From: the human T2T-CHM13v2.0 reference genome, Homo sapiens
DNA length: 64,000 nucleotides
Reading direction: 5' to 3' (one strand)
NCBI RefSeq assembly: GCF_009914755.1
Contig: NC_060932.1
Shown here: one piece after another, positions 27,594 to 39,957 of the stretch
Numbering within the stretch: position 1 is the first letter of the stretch
Layout of the letters: each line of letters starts with the position of its first letter
Notes under the pieces: generated by a model
The model's database searches: none
What the model was told of the DNA's origin: nothing
What the model saw: the letters and a program-made list of their open reading frames with translations, nothing else
Program-made: the position numbers and the translations under genes

Positions 27594-28081
27594 GGTACCC
27601 ATCAACCATAGGTTGAATAAAGAAAGTGGGGTACATATACACGATGGAATACCATGCAGCCATAAAAGAGAATGAAATCATGTCCTTTGAGGCTACATGG
27701 AAGTAGCTGGAGAACACTATCCTAAGTGAATTAATCTGGTAACAACAACAACAACAACAACAACAACATCAACAACAAAAACCAGATACAAATGTTCTCA
27801 CTTATAAGTGGGAGCTAAACCCTGGGTACACACAGACATAAAGATGGAAACAACAGACAGTGCAGACTCGAAATGGAGGGAAGGAGAGTGGATGGCAAGG
27901 GCTGAAAAACTTCCTCTTGGGTACTATGTTCACTGTCTGGGTGACAGGATCAGTAGAGGCTCAAACCTCAGCACCACACTATATACCCTTGAAACAAACA
28001 TGCACATGTACTCCCTGAATCTAAAACTGAAATTAATATTTTAAAAAGAATTTTAAAGAAATACTAAATGAATTTTAAAAA
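27594..28081 (+). mobile_element. L1PA15/16-like 3' end with internal (AAC)n
   Basis: ATGTTCTCACTTATAAGTGGGAGCTAAAC...CACATGTACTCCCTGAATCTAAAA; TSD TAAAATACTT at 27584 and 28082. Confidence 0.88.
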
Positions 28082-28694
28082 TAAAATACTTTCTACTTTC
28101 TTGCCCAAGATCTAGTCAGCATACTGCCATCAGTGAACGTTTTGTGGAATGCCAAGATAATCAAGAACTCTGCAGACTATCTGTGGCAGAGAGCAGGAGA
28201 ATTGACACAGCTCTGAGGCCACACTGTGAAGATATACTATTGGCACTGCTGGGTAAAAGCAAACTGTGACTAGTGGTCCCTTCAAATTGGTATGGAGAAA
28301 AAAATAGCATGAGCCACATCAATTACTACATACCAAATGCCAGCAGTTTTGCTGATTTGCTCCAGTAAAGACACAACAGAGCCAACAGCTGCATTTGGGC
28401 CACCTGAACCAGTTTATGACAGTCCACATTCTCCAAAACCCATCCAACTGCTGCATGGGCCAAACAGGTGAATTAAACAGGAATGCAATAGGTACCACCA
28501 CTCCTGTTTCTTTCAGTGCCTGGATGATGGTATAAATCTCTGAAATTTCCCCTAAAGATGCAATATTGCCTCTAATTTATTACCTTGGTATGGAGGAGAA
28601 GTTCCAAGGGTTTTTTATTTAGCCCTTCCAACCATGATGGCCCTCATCCGATGGGTCCAAGAGCCAACATGAGGATACTTCCAGTTTCTGAGTA

Positions 28695-29020
28695 CAATCA
28701 GTCCTCACCATCCATGGGTTCTGCATCCATGTATTCAACCAACCACAGATCAAAAATATTCAGAAAAAAAAATTGTGCTGAACATAAACAGACTTTTCCT
28801 CTTGTCATTATTTCCTAGACATACAGTATAGCAACTATTTACATAGATTTTGCATAGTATTAGGTATTATAAGTAATCTAGAGATGGTTTAAAGTATATG
28901 GGAGGATGTGTATAGGTTATTTGCAAATGCTACATCAGTTTATATCAGGGACTTGAGCTTCCATGGATTTTGGTATCCCCAAGTGGTCCTGGAAAAAATC
29001 CTTCATAGATACTGAACAAT

Positions 29021-29025
<5 letters not shown>
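28695..29025 (-). mobile_element. MER2 (TcMar-Tigger)
   Basis: ATTCAACCAACCACAGATCAAAAATATTC...TAGGTATTATAAGTAATCTAGAGATG...GGATTTTGGTATCC; TA flanks. Confidence 0.9.

Positions 29026-29063
<38 letters not shown>
29024..29063. repeat. (TA)20 microsatellite
   Basis: Seen directly, at the TA target site of MER2. Confidence 0.98.
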
Positions 29064-29066
<3 letters not shown>

Positions 29067-30164
29067 ATATACATATTACAGTTATACATTTAACACCTGG
29101 GGAAATAACCCACCAGTTGGGTCTATAGATGAACTAGGCCCACTGTGAGTCAAGCTTTAGCTAAAGCTCCATCTATTACCTGATTACCATGACCCCACTT
29201 TGACTGGTGGGTTACAGTCACATTTTGGGTGCCCAAGAATTAGTTTCCATTTATAGCCAGTGTCTAATAACCTCTAAAAGTTTGTGTAATGCCTTTTTCC
29301 CAATGCATAGTCACTCTAGCCAATGGCCCTAGGTCCTTTTGGATTAGGCTTGGAAGAAGATTTACAGCACCTACCTGTGAAAATGCAGCAGGGTTCTTCT
29401 CAAGTGTGCCCTTCACTCAAGAGGCCCTGGGTCTGTGCATTGACTTAGGTCTGGAAACTGGTGATTTGAGTCAAGTTTTTGGCCAAAATTTTCTGCTATA
29501 TAGATTAAAAAATATTTTAGGTGGCTGCCCATCGATTTCATTCTGCAGAACATCTCGATCAATTAGCTATCACCCAAGATCTCAGATGTGAAATTCAGAC
29601 CTTGTTAAAGAGATTTTGAATACAACCCACTAGACTGTGGGGAAGTTTGCTGGGTTGCCCTGAGCCAGAAGTGGGTCCAGAGTTATTGGGCAAATTGGTG
29701 GTCAGGGATGTGCAGGAGAGAAGTAGCAAGCAGGAAAACTCACACCAGAGTGCCAGTGGCCAAACACGGTAGACAAGATTCTTCTCACTGGAATGTTCCA
29801 AATAGTGTCCTGGAAGCCACCCGTGGGGGCTGCTGCTGAACTCATCACATGGAAGGAAGGAAAAAAGAGTATCTATACAACTCACGGGTAAAGTGCCTAC
29901 AGAAGTGCCACCAAAACTTGCTGGGGGTGAGCTTCACTGAGTGTCCTGTACAACAGCTGAGTGACACAGAAGCCAGCGGGAAGAAACTTACCATGAAACC
30001 AGGAGAGAAGCCCCTTCCTCCTGCAGTGTCTCTTTGGCACTCTCCACTGACAAAGCTTGCCATTGTGTCAGCTGGCAAGGAGGAAGTGCTCCAGTATCAC
30101 AAGCAGGCCATCCAAGGGGGCTTTGTACAGGTGTTCAACTTTGAACTTGAACTGCCAGATAAGG

Positions 30165-31030
30165 AAAGTAAGTAATAAAGAAAGAGAGAAAATTAACAAA
30201 CCAAAAGATGATTGTTTGAAAAGATTAAATGATATAGAAATCTTAGACAAGATTAATTAAGACAGAGAGAGAGAAGACATGAAAGGGAATATTCAGAGAA
30301 CAACAAAGATATTTTAGACATTTAAAATATAATTGTAGAAATTTTAAAAATTAACCGAAGTGTTGGAACAAAACTTGAGAAAACTTCCCAGAAAGTAGAA
30401 CCAAAAAGCAACAATATAGAAAATGGCTAGAGGGGTTTAAGTTATTTCTAGCCCTGTGTGGGTTCCAGAAATTGTTCTGCCTGCTCTATCAGGGCTGTTC
30501 TCCCTGCATTGAATTGTTTTATTCCTCACATGTGTAGGCCAGTAGTAAGCCAGACATCCCCTTGACATCATTCTGTGAATTCTGTTTGTTCCTATAATCT
30601 GCTGGATTCCCAGTTTACTAGATGCCATTTCTTCTATTTCCTTGTTTTTGGTCAGTTGCATCTTCTTGTGGCCTTCTGTGGAATTGGATTTTTTATTTGC
30701 TTCATTTGGGGGTTGTTGTTTATTTGTTTTTTAGAATGTGAATGTCTCAGAGTTGATAGTTGTGTTGGGTATTTAATTTCATAATTGTTAAGACATTTTG
30801 CTATTGCTATTTCCTACTTTCTGACTTCCAAATCTTTGTGTATAACCTCTCTAGCTTGGGAGTTTCTCTTCATTCCAAGTGTCCTAACATTTTACCATAT
30901 TAGATATAATTGAGCACTTGGTGGAAACTTTCACTCTGGAATGGCACATGCTTCCTTCCTGGGAACTTCTCTTGTATTATTTCTTTAATGATGTCTGTCT
31001 CTTCATTTTCTATTTTCTCTTCCTGAACTT
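30165..31030. mobile_element. L1M/HAL1 fragments in both orientations
   Basis: A-rich sense L1 30165-30435, then T-rich antisense TTCTCTTGTATTATTTCTTTAATG. Confidence 0.55.
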
Positions 31031-31223
31031 CTTACAGAAGGTGGCAATCCTGGTGAGATGTCAAAAGTGAGGAAGTATAGGTAGGAGTGGAAAGTGCATT
31101 TCAGGTGGGGAAATAGCATAATTAAAGGCTCAGAGGCCAGAACAGTGAGAGATTGGGTTTAGCTACAGCTGAAGCTCCATGGAATACAGTAGTAAAAATT
31201 AAGATAAAGAAGTAGCTTAAAAA

Positions 31224-31318
31224 TGGGAGGTTGAGACAGGAGAATCGCTTAAACCCAGGAAGTGGAGATTGCAGTGAGCCGAGATCATGTCATTGCACTC
31301 CAGTGAGACTCTGTCTCC

Positions 31319-31345
<27 letters not shown>
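31224..31345 (+). mobile_element. 5'-truncated AluS right arm with small internal deletion and long A tail, within L2
   Basis: GGAGAATCGCTT...GCACTCCAG/TGAGACTCTGTCTC(A)n. Confidence 0.9.
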
Positions 31346-31349
<4 letters not shown>

Positions 31350-31438
31350 CATTACAGAGGGACTTAAATGACAAATCAAAGAACTGAAACGTTAATCTGA
31401 GGACAATGAGGAATTGTTAAACACTTTCAATAGGAGAG

Positions 31439-31863
31439 GGTAGCAGATGCTGTTGGTGCCTCACAGGAAGCCCCTTTACAAGGCCAGTACACCCTTCCCT
31501 GAGGCGATGTAGATAATGACTGACTGCCGATGGCTTACACCGGACTCTCCTGCAAAGGACTTCCTGTGCTTCTGGAAGGGAAGGCTTGTGAACAGTGACG
31601 GATTGAAAGAAGTAGTAAATAGGCTGTCTTCCTGCCTCTGGATGGAACAACCTCTTTGGTGCCATTAATGCGCCAGAGCTCCCTATGCAATTAGGCTGAG
31701 GCTAGACTCTTCCTGCAGCCACATCTGTGCCTACCTTCTTCCCCTATGATCGCCTGCTTCCCTCATTCCCTGAGAGGCTTCTCCTGAGAGCACTTCCTCA
31801 GTAAATCACTTATACAAGAATCGCTGTCTCCACTTCTGCCTCTAGGAAACCCAACCTGAGGCA
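31439..31863 (+). mobile_element. LTR16-family (LTR16A-like) ERVL solo LTR
   Basis: GTAGCAGATGCTGTTGGTGCC...CCTGAGAGCACTTCCTCAGTAAATCACTT...GGAAACCCAACCTGAGGCA. Confidence 0.8.
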
Positions 31864-32184
31864 GAGACATGGCACAATGAAAGCCACATAAGGAAATGAC
31901 CCTAATAGTGGTATTGAGAACTGATTAAAGCAAGGAGACTTTGGGGTAAGGGAAGACAGAGGAGAGGAGAGGTAAGAAGCAGAAAAAATGAAGGGGAGAA
32001 GGCTGATAAGGTATCATATCTGGATAGACTCCCCAGTTTTGGTATAACATGGCAGATGATGGAAAGGGAGGATGAAAGACGATGACACAGTGTCAAGTCT
32101 GGGTGGCTAGGAAGATGGCATGCATACAGACAGACATCAGGTAACCAGAGAATAATCACATTAGTAGAAAGTGTTCCTATGTAG

Positions 32185-33055
<871 letters not shown>

Positions 33056-36000
33056 TTAGGTAAACAGGCATTTTTAAGCTGAAGCAACTGAGATACAGAC
33101 AGCTTAAAAATTTTCCCAAGTTCACAGCTCAAAGAAGAGAGTTGAGTATGTTCTTCTCTACCTACTCAACAGAAAGACTCTGTAAATGTTGACACATTTA
33201 ACAGCTTAGAAGCCCACATTATTCAAAAGAATAATTTTTAAATGTTAAAAAAATAAAGTACTGAGTTTGCTAATAATCTAAGAAATGCATGTTTTCATAT
33301 ATGCTGCCTATTAAGTCTGTTCATATCATATCAGCAAACATGTCGTCTTGGAGAGTTTCCTAGTTTTTCCTGTGAAATGTTTTTCAACGCCTGAGTGAAT
33401 CAAAATGAATGTAAATGAGGTTTATTAAGTCAACCCCACATGGTGCTGTATTGTCAGCATTTGTAGGGCTGTGACAGGTTAGTTATTGCAGTTTGAAGGA
33501 AATGTCACCAACACAGCAGTCTGCAGAATTAACTTAAAATATATATGTATAAAATTTCTCAGGATTTTCCACCCTTTCAAGAATCGTCTCCTTAGAAGGT
33601 GAAAGGGCATGAAGAGAAGCTGAGGTTTGCTCATTCTTTTCCATCAAGAGTCACTTTCTTGCTACGTGACACCTGAGGCCAAGGGTCAGGGACTGCAGGT
33701 AACCACGCGGGATTCTGAGAGCTGCTGTTAATGGACTGTGGAAAGGAATTAAAATGAGGGTGATTGGAGTTGACAAGGAGTGACAGGGGCCAGTGGCAGC
33801 AGCACCAAGTGCTCTCTGCACCCTGGATGAGCATCAGACTGTTTTGGGGGCAAAGGTGGACAAGAAGCAAGAGGAAAAGAAAGATAAGTGAGGCTCAGGG
33901 TGCTGAGCTGCGGAACAATGAATGTGATTAACTTCAAGGACGGGAGTCCAGAAGTAATGATGTCATTCCTTCACTAACATGTCTTGTGCTCGCCTAGGGT
34001 GGTCCTCGGGAACAGGTTGGATGGGTGGTCAGGCTGTTAGGTGACTTGGTTGGAGAAGAGTCAGGAGGGCTCTCCCTCTCAAAATCCTCATGTCCAATCA
34101 ATGCATTTGAGTTCTGGGGGACTATTCTTTCAGGTCCAGGAGGCTTCTCATTTATAAGAGGTTACCTCTTAAATGTAATAACTCCTTGAGAAGGGTTAAC
34201 ATGTTGAACCTTTATTCATGAGCATTAGTGGGAAAAAACATATCTTTTCAATAGACCCTGAGGCCCTCATAGCAGGGATGACACTTGGCACCCAGCACTT
34301 GAGTGGAGCCAGCCAGCAGAAGAAAAAGGTGCTGAAAGAAAATATGAGGCTGGCTGGAAACAGATGTTTCTGACTTTGCAGTTTTCTCAACTAACATTGT
34401 TTAAACTTTGTGCCCCTGCCAGATAATCAGTCCCAACTTGGATCAGTGTAGGGTCTTTCTCCGTCCCAGGTTTGTGGCTTCATGTGGAAGAGCTATCTTC
34501 CCTCTTCCATCCTTCTTTATTCATATAAAGTACGAGAACCACAGGGTTTGGGGATCCCCTTGTTAATTTCTGCTTTTACATTAGAGAAAACGAATATTGG
34601 AAAAGTGAATTTCTAACCACACCCAATGAGGCAGGACTTGGACAAGTCTTCTTTTTCAAAATCCTATGTTATCTCTACCACTGTGAATTCTCCATATAGG
34701 CCCCTACATCCAAAGTCTGTTTATCTTGACCTCTGTGACAGTCAGAAAAGCATTTATTAAATGATATTGACAGGTGGCATGTGTCTATGTGCTTTTCTGT
34801 GCAAAATGAGCATAGATCATTAATGAATTAATTAATTAATTCAGCAAACATTTGTTGGCTACCTTTGTCCCTGACTCCTGGGACCTCACAGACTAAGAAG
34901 CCCAAATTGGGCAAAATCCTTGGAGACTTAAATGTGAATAACATCACAGAAATAAAAGGAACAAGCATTCATTCTGAGGATTCATTTTATTAGGTAAGGA
35001 TGGGCAGTCAGTCCGTTAGGTCTGTTAGGTGGTTTGATTTGTGAAGAGTCAAATTTTTTTTGCAAATTTTATAGTAATTTTATATGTAAGTATACATGTC
35101 ATATAAAAGTTTCATCTCATAATTTTAAAGATACATAATTACACACACACACACACATATATATGTTTATAATGTTTCAATCTAGTTTATCAATTATCAT
35201 GAATACTTTTGGTCCCCAAACCTGCCTTTTTTTCCTCTTCTAAGGCTTGATGCAGAATATAACAGCCCGTGGAGGGTGGGGGGCAAGAAATGATGGGTAC
35301 TAGGGAGACCCAGTTTCAGTTATCTTTGATGATTTTGAGAGGCATTCAGCACCATGAACACGTTGTTCAAACATAAATGAGAAAATAAACTATATAAGCG
35401 ATCTTCATGAGGTTTTTCCACACAAAGTGTATTTCATATCTGTATAGATTTAACTACTAACAAGCTACATCCAAGGAACTTCACTACTACAAGTCTTCGG
35501 AGGTATCATCAATATCCGGCTTCCAATTTCCAGTCTTTAAGATACTTCTACATTGTGCTCCTAGATTTCCAGGTGCCAACATGAAGGGAACATGGAGAAC
35601 CTCCATGGACACAGCAGAGTCAGGGAGGAATCATCGCCCTCCTCAACAGGCAGGTGAAACCCAAACAACCCATTGAGCTTTGCTAAATGCTCTAGGAGAC
35701 AGCCAACCCAGCACTGTATAAAGAAAACAAGTAAAGTAATTTAGAACTCTGGAAGGCCAAGAATCTATAAAGCTGTCAATTGTTGAAGTTTACTGGAGTG
35801 GAAAGAATGTGAACAGCCCCTGCTGAGAATAAGAAGATATGCTCCTGCGAGGACCAAATTCTGGATGAGACCCATCCATACTCAGTGTCTTGGAATTACT
35901 GGGTTCAAGGACAGAGCTGAACTGTAGCATCTCCCTGTAAGAATGGGTTTCCAAGTGAAAATGCCCAGCAAGCAAGATGTCCTTCAGGACTGAACTCAAG

Positions 36001-36349
36001 AGAGACCCTAAGACTAGACGTGTGATTGGAAGTGTTACAGGTGACCCTGAGAATCCAGAGGGAGATTCATTCTCTGGGAAAGAAGGTTAATGACAGAAAA
36101 GGATGGAGCTACGGGCTGAGGAACAACACACATAAACATTGACTAGAGAAGGAGCCAGCAGGGGTGTCCAAGAGTAGTGGATGATCCAGGAGAGTTTCTT
36201 ATCACGAAGCTAAGGAAACCACAGATGGTGAAGAAAAACCTCACTTAACCCATCCATTTCAACTTCTTCCACACCAAACATGTTTAGCAGCTCTCCTAAT
36301 GGCATAAGATGATGCATTTGCATTTTATTCCTTTCTCAACAAAGACAGC

Positions 36350-36545
36350 CATGTTGTGGAAAGAGTCAGGAGCCTGAATCAGAAGCCTCAGGGCTGGCTC
36401 CTACTGTGACTGTGTCAGAGTCTAGTTGCAAAACCTTAAGAAGGCTCCCTAACATCTAGATGGCGACGTTTCCTCCTCTCAAATCACAGGTTGCTGTAGG
36501 TTTGACGAGGTAATGGATATAAAAGCATATAGAAAGTACTGTAGA
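36350..36545 (+). mobile_element. MIR
   Basis: GTGGAAAGAG...GAATCAGAAG...CACAGGTTGCTGTAGGTTT...AGGTAATGGATATAAAAGC. Confidence 0.6.
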
Positions 36546-39500
36546 AATAATATAGCTTTTTAAAGCTGTAATTCTTAGAGAACTGACAAGTAAAGGAGTA
36601 AACAATAAAAAAAAGCTCGTGCCCAAAGTGTTTCTGACTACAATACGCCTCTGATGCAAAATGCCTAGAGCTTATTCACCACTCACTACCAAAACACCTT
36701 TTTGCTTGTATTTATTGTAAATCCTCTGCTTGTTTAGCTTACTTAATCCATATTTTAACAATTGAAAGGCACAATATCAAGGATAAAATGGGATGACATG
36801 GGCGGAAAGACCATCAGAAGAGTAGGAATTTGGGCATTGTAACTTGACCTGCTTTTGTCTCCCTCTTTCCCACTCTATATTGGTTTTGAAAACTAGCTGC
36901 CCTGTTACCACCCAGAGGTGGAGACTGGGTTTGGAGCTCTTCAACAAGTCCCATTCCCAGAGCATTGTCATTATTTTACCTGTCTATCAGCTCCCTGGAC
37001 AAGTCCCATTCCCAATGCATTTTTATTTGCCCTGACTCAGAACTCACTCTGCAGAAAAGCACTTTCCCCAAAGTGTTTGTGGGGGGAAAAAAAGAAGCAA
37101 TTGTTCAGCATTTGCAGCTGCTTTAGGGTGCAATACAAGTTGGGGAAAACAAGAGCCTGGCCGAAAACTTAAAAGGAATATTTAGGAAATGAGATGTCCA
37201 CAGTATTCTTTGAAAAGTGCTGACATATTCTTGGGGATCTACAGTGCCAAGTGCTGGGTTTTGCATATGCCCAGAAAAGATATAAGAGGTCTCCAATCTC
37301 CCCTCTGAAAGGATAGGAAGGAGGAAGTTAAGGTTGAGGTAAAGTTGTAAGCTCCCTGAGTATTTAGGGCATGTCCCAAACACAAAGAGATATTCAGCAA
37401 GGATAAGGGACATATTGGTTCAAAGCACTTAAGGAAATCTGTGGCCAATCATTGGTTGACCACTAAGATATGCTAACAGAAATTTTAGTGGCCTTATACC
37501 ATACAGAATATATACTTCACATAATTAGTCCAGAAAAGTCATTTAACAAACAGCAGCAACAACAAAAACAAAATCAGTAAGAAAAACAAACACTGATGGG
37601 GTGAAATCTGATTTCCAGAATTGGCACATTATATTATGTTAAATTTCTAGTTTATGAGAAAAGAAAATAATAAGACATGCAAAGTAACAAAAAACCCATA
37701 GATAGTTAAAAAAAAAAAAAGCAGTCAATAGAAACTATCCCTGATGGGGGAACAGCAGTCGACAATGACTCTAAATCAGCTAATATACGTATGTTCAAAA
37801 GAATAAATGAAATCATCTAGGGAAGTAAAGTTTGACAATACTGTCATACCAGATAAGAAATATCAATAAAGAAATTTAGATGATCAGAAACAAAGAATCA
37901 AATAGAAATTCCATGGTTGAAAAGCACAAGTAAAATTCAAAATTCACTAGAGGAGCTCAACAGTAACTTTAAACTCACAGAAGAAAGATGCAGCAAACTT
38001 GAAGAGAGATAAAATAAAATTCTTCAGTCTGCTAAGAAAAAAGAATAAAACAAAAACAAAATGAAAAACCATAAACAGGACCTCAGAGACATGTAGGATA
38101 CTGCAGAGCACATGGGTATGTGCATAGCACGAGCACAGAAGCAGAGGAGGGAAAGAGAGAGTCAAACAAACAAACAAACAAACAAAAAACAGAAGAAATA
38201 ATGCCTAAAAGCTTACAAAATGTAATGAAAACCAATCTACACATTGAGAAGCTCAATAAAGTCTGAATTGGATAAGCTGGAAGAGATTCACACATAGGCA
38301 TACGATAGTCAAACTGTTCTAAGATAGAGACAAAGAGAGGATCTCGAAAGCACCAAGAGAAAAATGACACTTCATATACAAGGAATCCTCAATTATATTA
38401 ACAGTTTGTTCTCACTGCGGATGTTGAAGTGAAAAGGCCAAAGCCAGTGAGGACATATTGAAAGTGCTGAAAGAAAGAGCCATTAACCAAGAATTCTATA
38501 TCCAGCAAAACTACTTTCAAAATAAATTGAAAAATTAAGAGATCCTCATATAAAACATGAGAAAATTGGTCAGCTGCAGATCTACCCTACAAGAAATGTT
38601 AAAGGGATTCCCTCAAGCTAAAATGAAGGACACTTGAGATGGAAACTCAAGTCCAAATAAAAACATAAAGAGCACCAGTAAATGTAACTTCATAGGTAAA
38701 TATAAAAATAAAGTGTAAATGTATTTTTATAACACTCTACCATGGCATAACGCAACAATTACAAAAAAAATTGATTGGCTGATGATGGTAATTTGTATTA
38801 CAATAATAGCACAAAGGAAGAGGGCAACAATGAAGCTATATTGAAGCAAACCTTCCCTATACTGTTGAAATTAACCCCAAGTTTGTATTAACCCCAAATA
38901 TACGTATTGTATTGTATTAACCCCTGATACCAAAACCAGGCAAAGATGTCATGAGAAAAGAAAATTATAGGCCAGTATTCCTTATGAAAATAAATAGAAA
39001 AAATTCTCATCAAACACAGTAATATATAATAAAGACTGTACACCATAGTCAAGTGCCATTTATTTCAGGAATACAAGGTTGGTTTTGCATCTGAAAATCA
39101 ATCAATGTAAAACACCATATTAATAGAATAAAGAACAAAAACCACATTATCACATCAATAAATAGAAAAAGTATTTGACAAAATCCAATATCGTTTTATG
39201 ATAAAAAGGACTCAACAAACTAGGAATAAAAGTATTCTCTATGTGAAAAAGGGCATCTACCGAAAACCATCAGCTAACATCATATTAATAACAAAAAACT
39301 GAATACTTTCTCCCTAAGAACAGAAATGAGATGACTGTGTCAGCGCTTGCCATTTCTATTCAACATTGTTCTGGAGGCTCTAGCCAGGGTAATTAGCAAG
39401 GAAATGAAATAAATGCCACTCAGACTGAAAAAAAAGAAATAAAATTATTTTTATTTGCATATCACATAATCTTGTATATAGAAAGTTCTTTGGAATTCAC

Positions 39501-39616
39501 TAAAAAACTATCAGAACTGATAAATGACTTCAGCAACATCACAGAATACAAGATCAACGTACAAAAATTATTTTATTTCTATATACTCACAAGGAACAAT
39601 CACAAAATGAAATTAA

Positions 39617-39756
39617 GCATGCCTGTAGTCCCAGCTACTCAAGAGGCTGAGGTGGGAGGATCACTTGAGCAGGGGAAATCAAGGCTGCTATAAACTATTA
39701 TAATTCCACTGTACTCCAGCCTGGGTGACAGAGCAAAACCCTGTCTCAAAAAAAAA
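39617..39756 (+). mobile_element. 5'-truncated AluJ right arm
   Basis: GCCTGTAGTCCCAGCTACTC...GGAGGATCACTTGAGC...CCCTGTCTCAAAA. Confidence 0.9.
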
Positions 39757-39886
39757 GAAAAGAAAATACACAAAGGAAAGAAAGAGAAAGAGGAAAGAAA
39801 GAAAGAGAGAGAGAGAGAGGGAGGGAGGGAGGGAGGGAGGGAGGAAGGAAGGAAGAAAGAAAGAGAGAGAGAGAAAGAAAGAAAGT

Positions 39887-39933
<47 letters not shown>

Positions 39934-39957
39934 GAGGGAAGGAAGGAAGGAAGGAAA
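39757..39957. repeat. Compound (GAAA)n/(GGAG)n/(GGAA)n/(GA)n purine tract
   Basis: Seen directly. Confidence 0.97.

Larger units (their letters stand above)
28310..29340 (-). pseudogene. ERVL protease and RT N-terminal fossil (frameshifted, interrupted by MER2)
   Basis: Minus ORF 28319-28501 has FNSPVWPMQQLDGFWRM (ERVL RT FNSPIWPVQKTDGSWRM); TTATTAGACACTGGC = LLDTG protease motif at 29256-29270. Confidence 0.85.
27102..30158 (-). mobile_element. Deleted ERVL provirus with LTR41-like termini
   Basis: LTR end TGTATTAGTC at 27102; LTR41-like CTCCACTGACAAAGCTT...CAGCTGGCAAGG...CTCCAGTATCACAAGCAGG near 30.1 kb; internal pro/pol homology; L1 resumes on both sides. Confidence 0.7.

Noticed and set aside
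30030-30050. LTR41-borne CTCF site
   Set aside because: The motif is degraded here (CAGTGGAGAGTGCC on the minus strand), with several core mismatches
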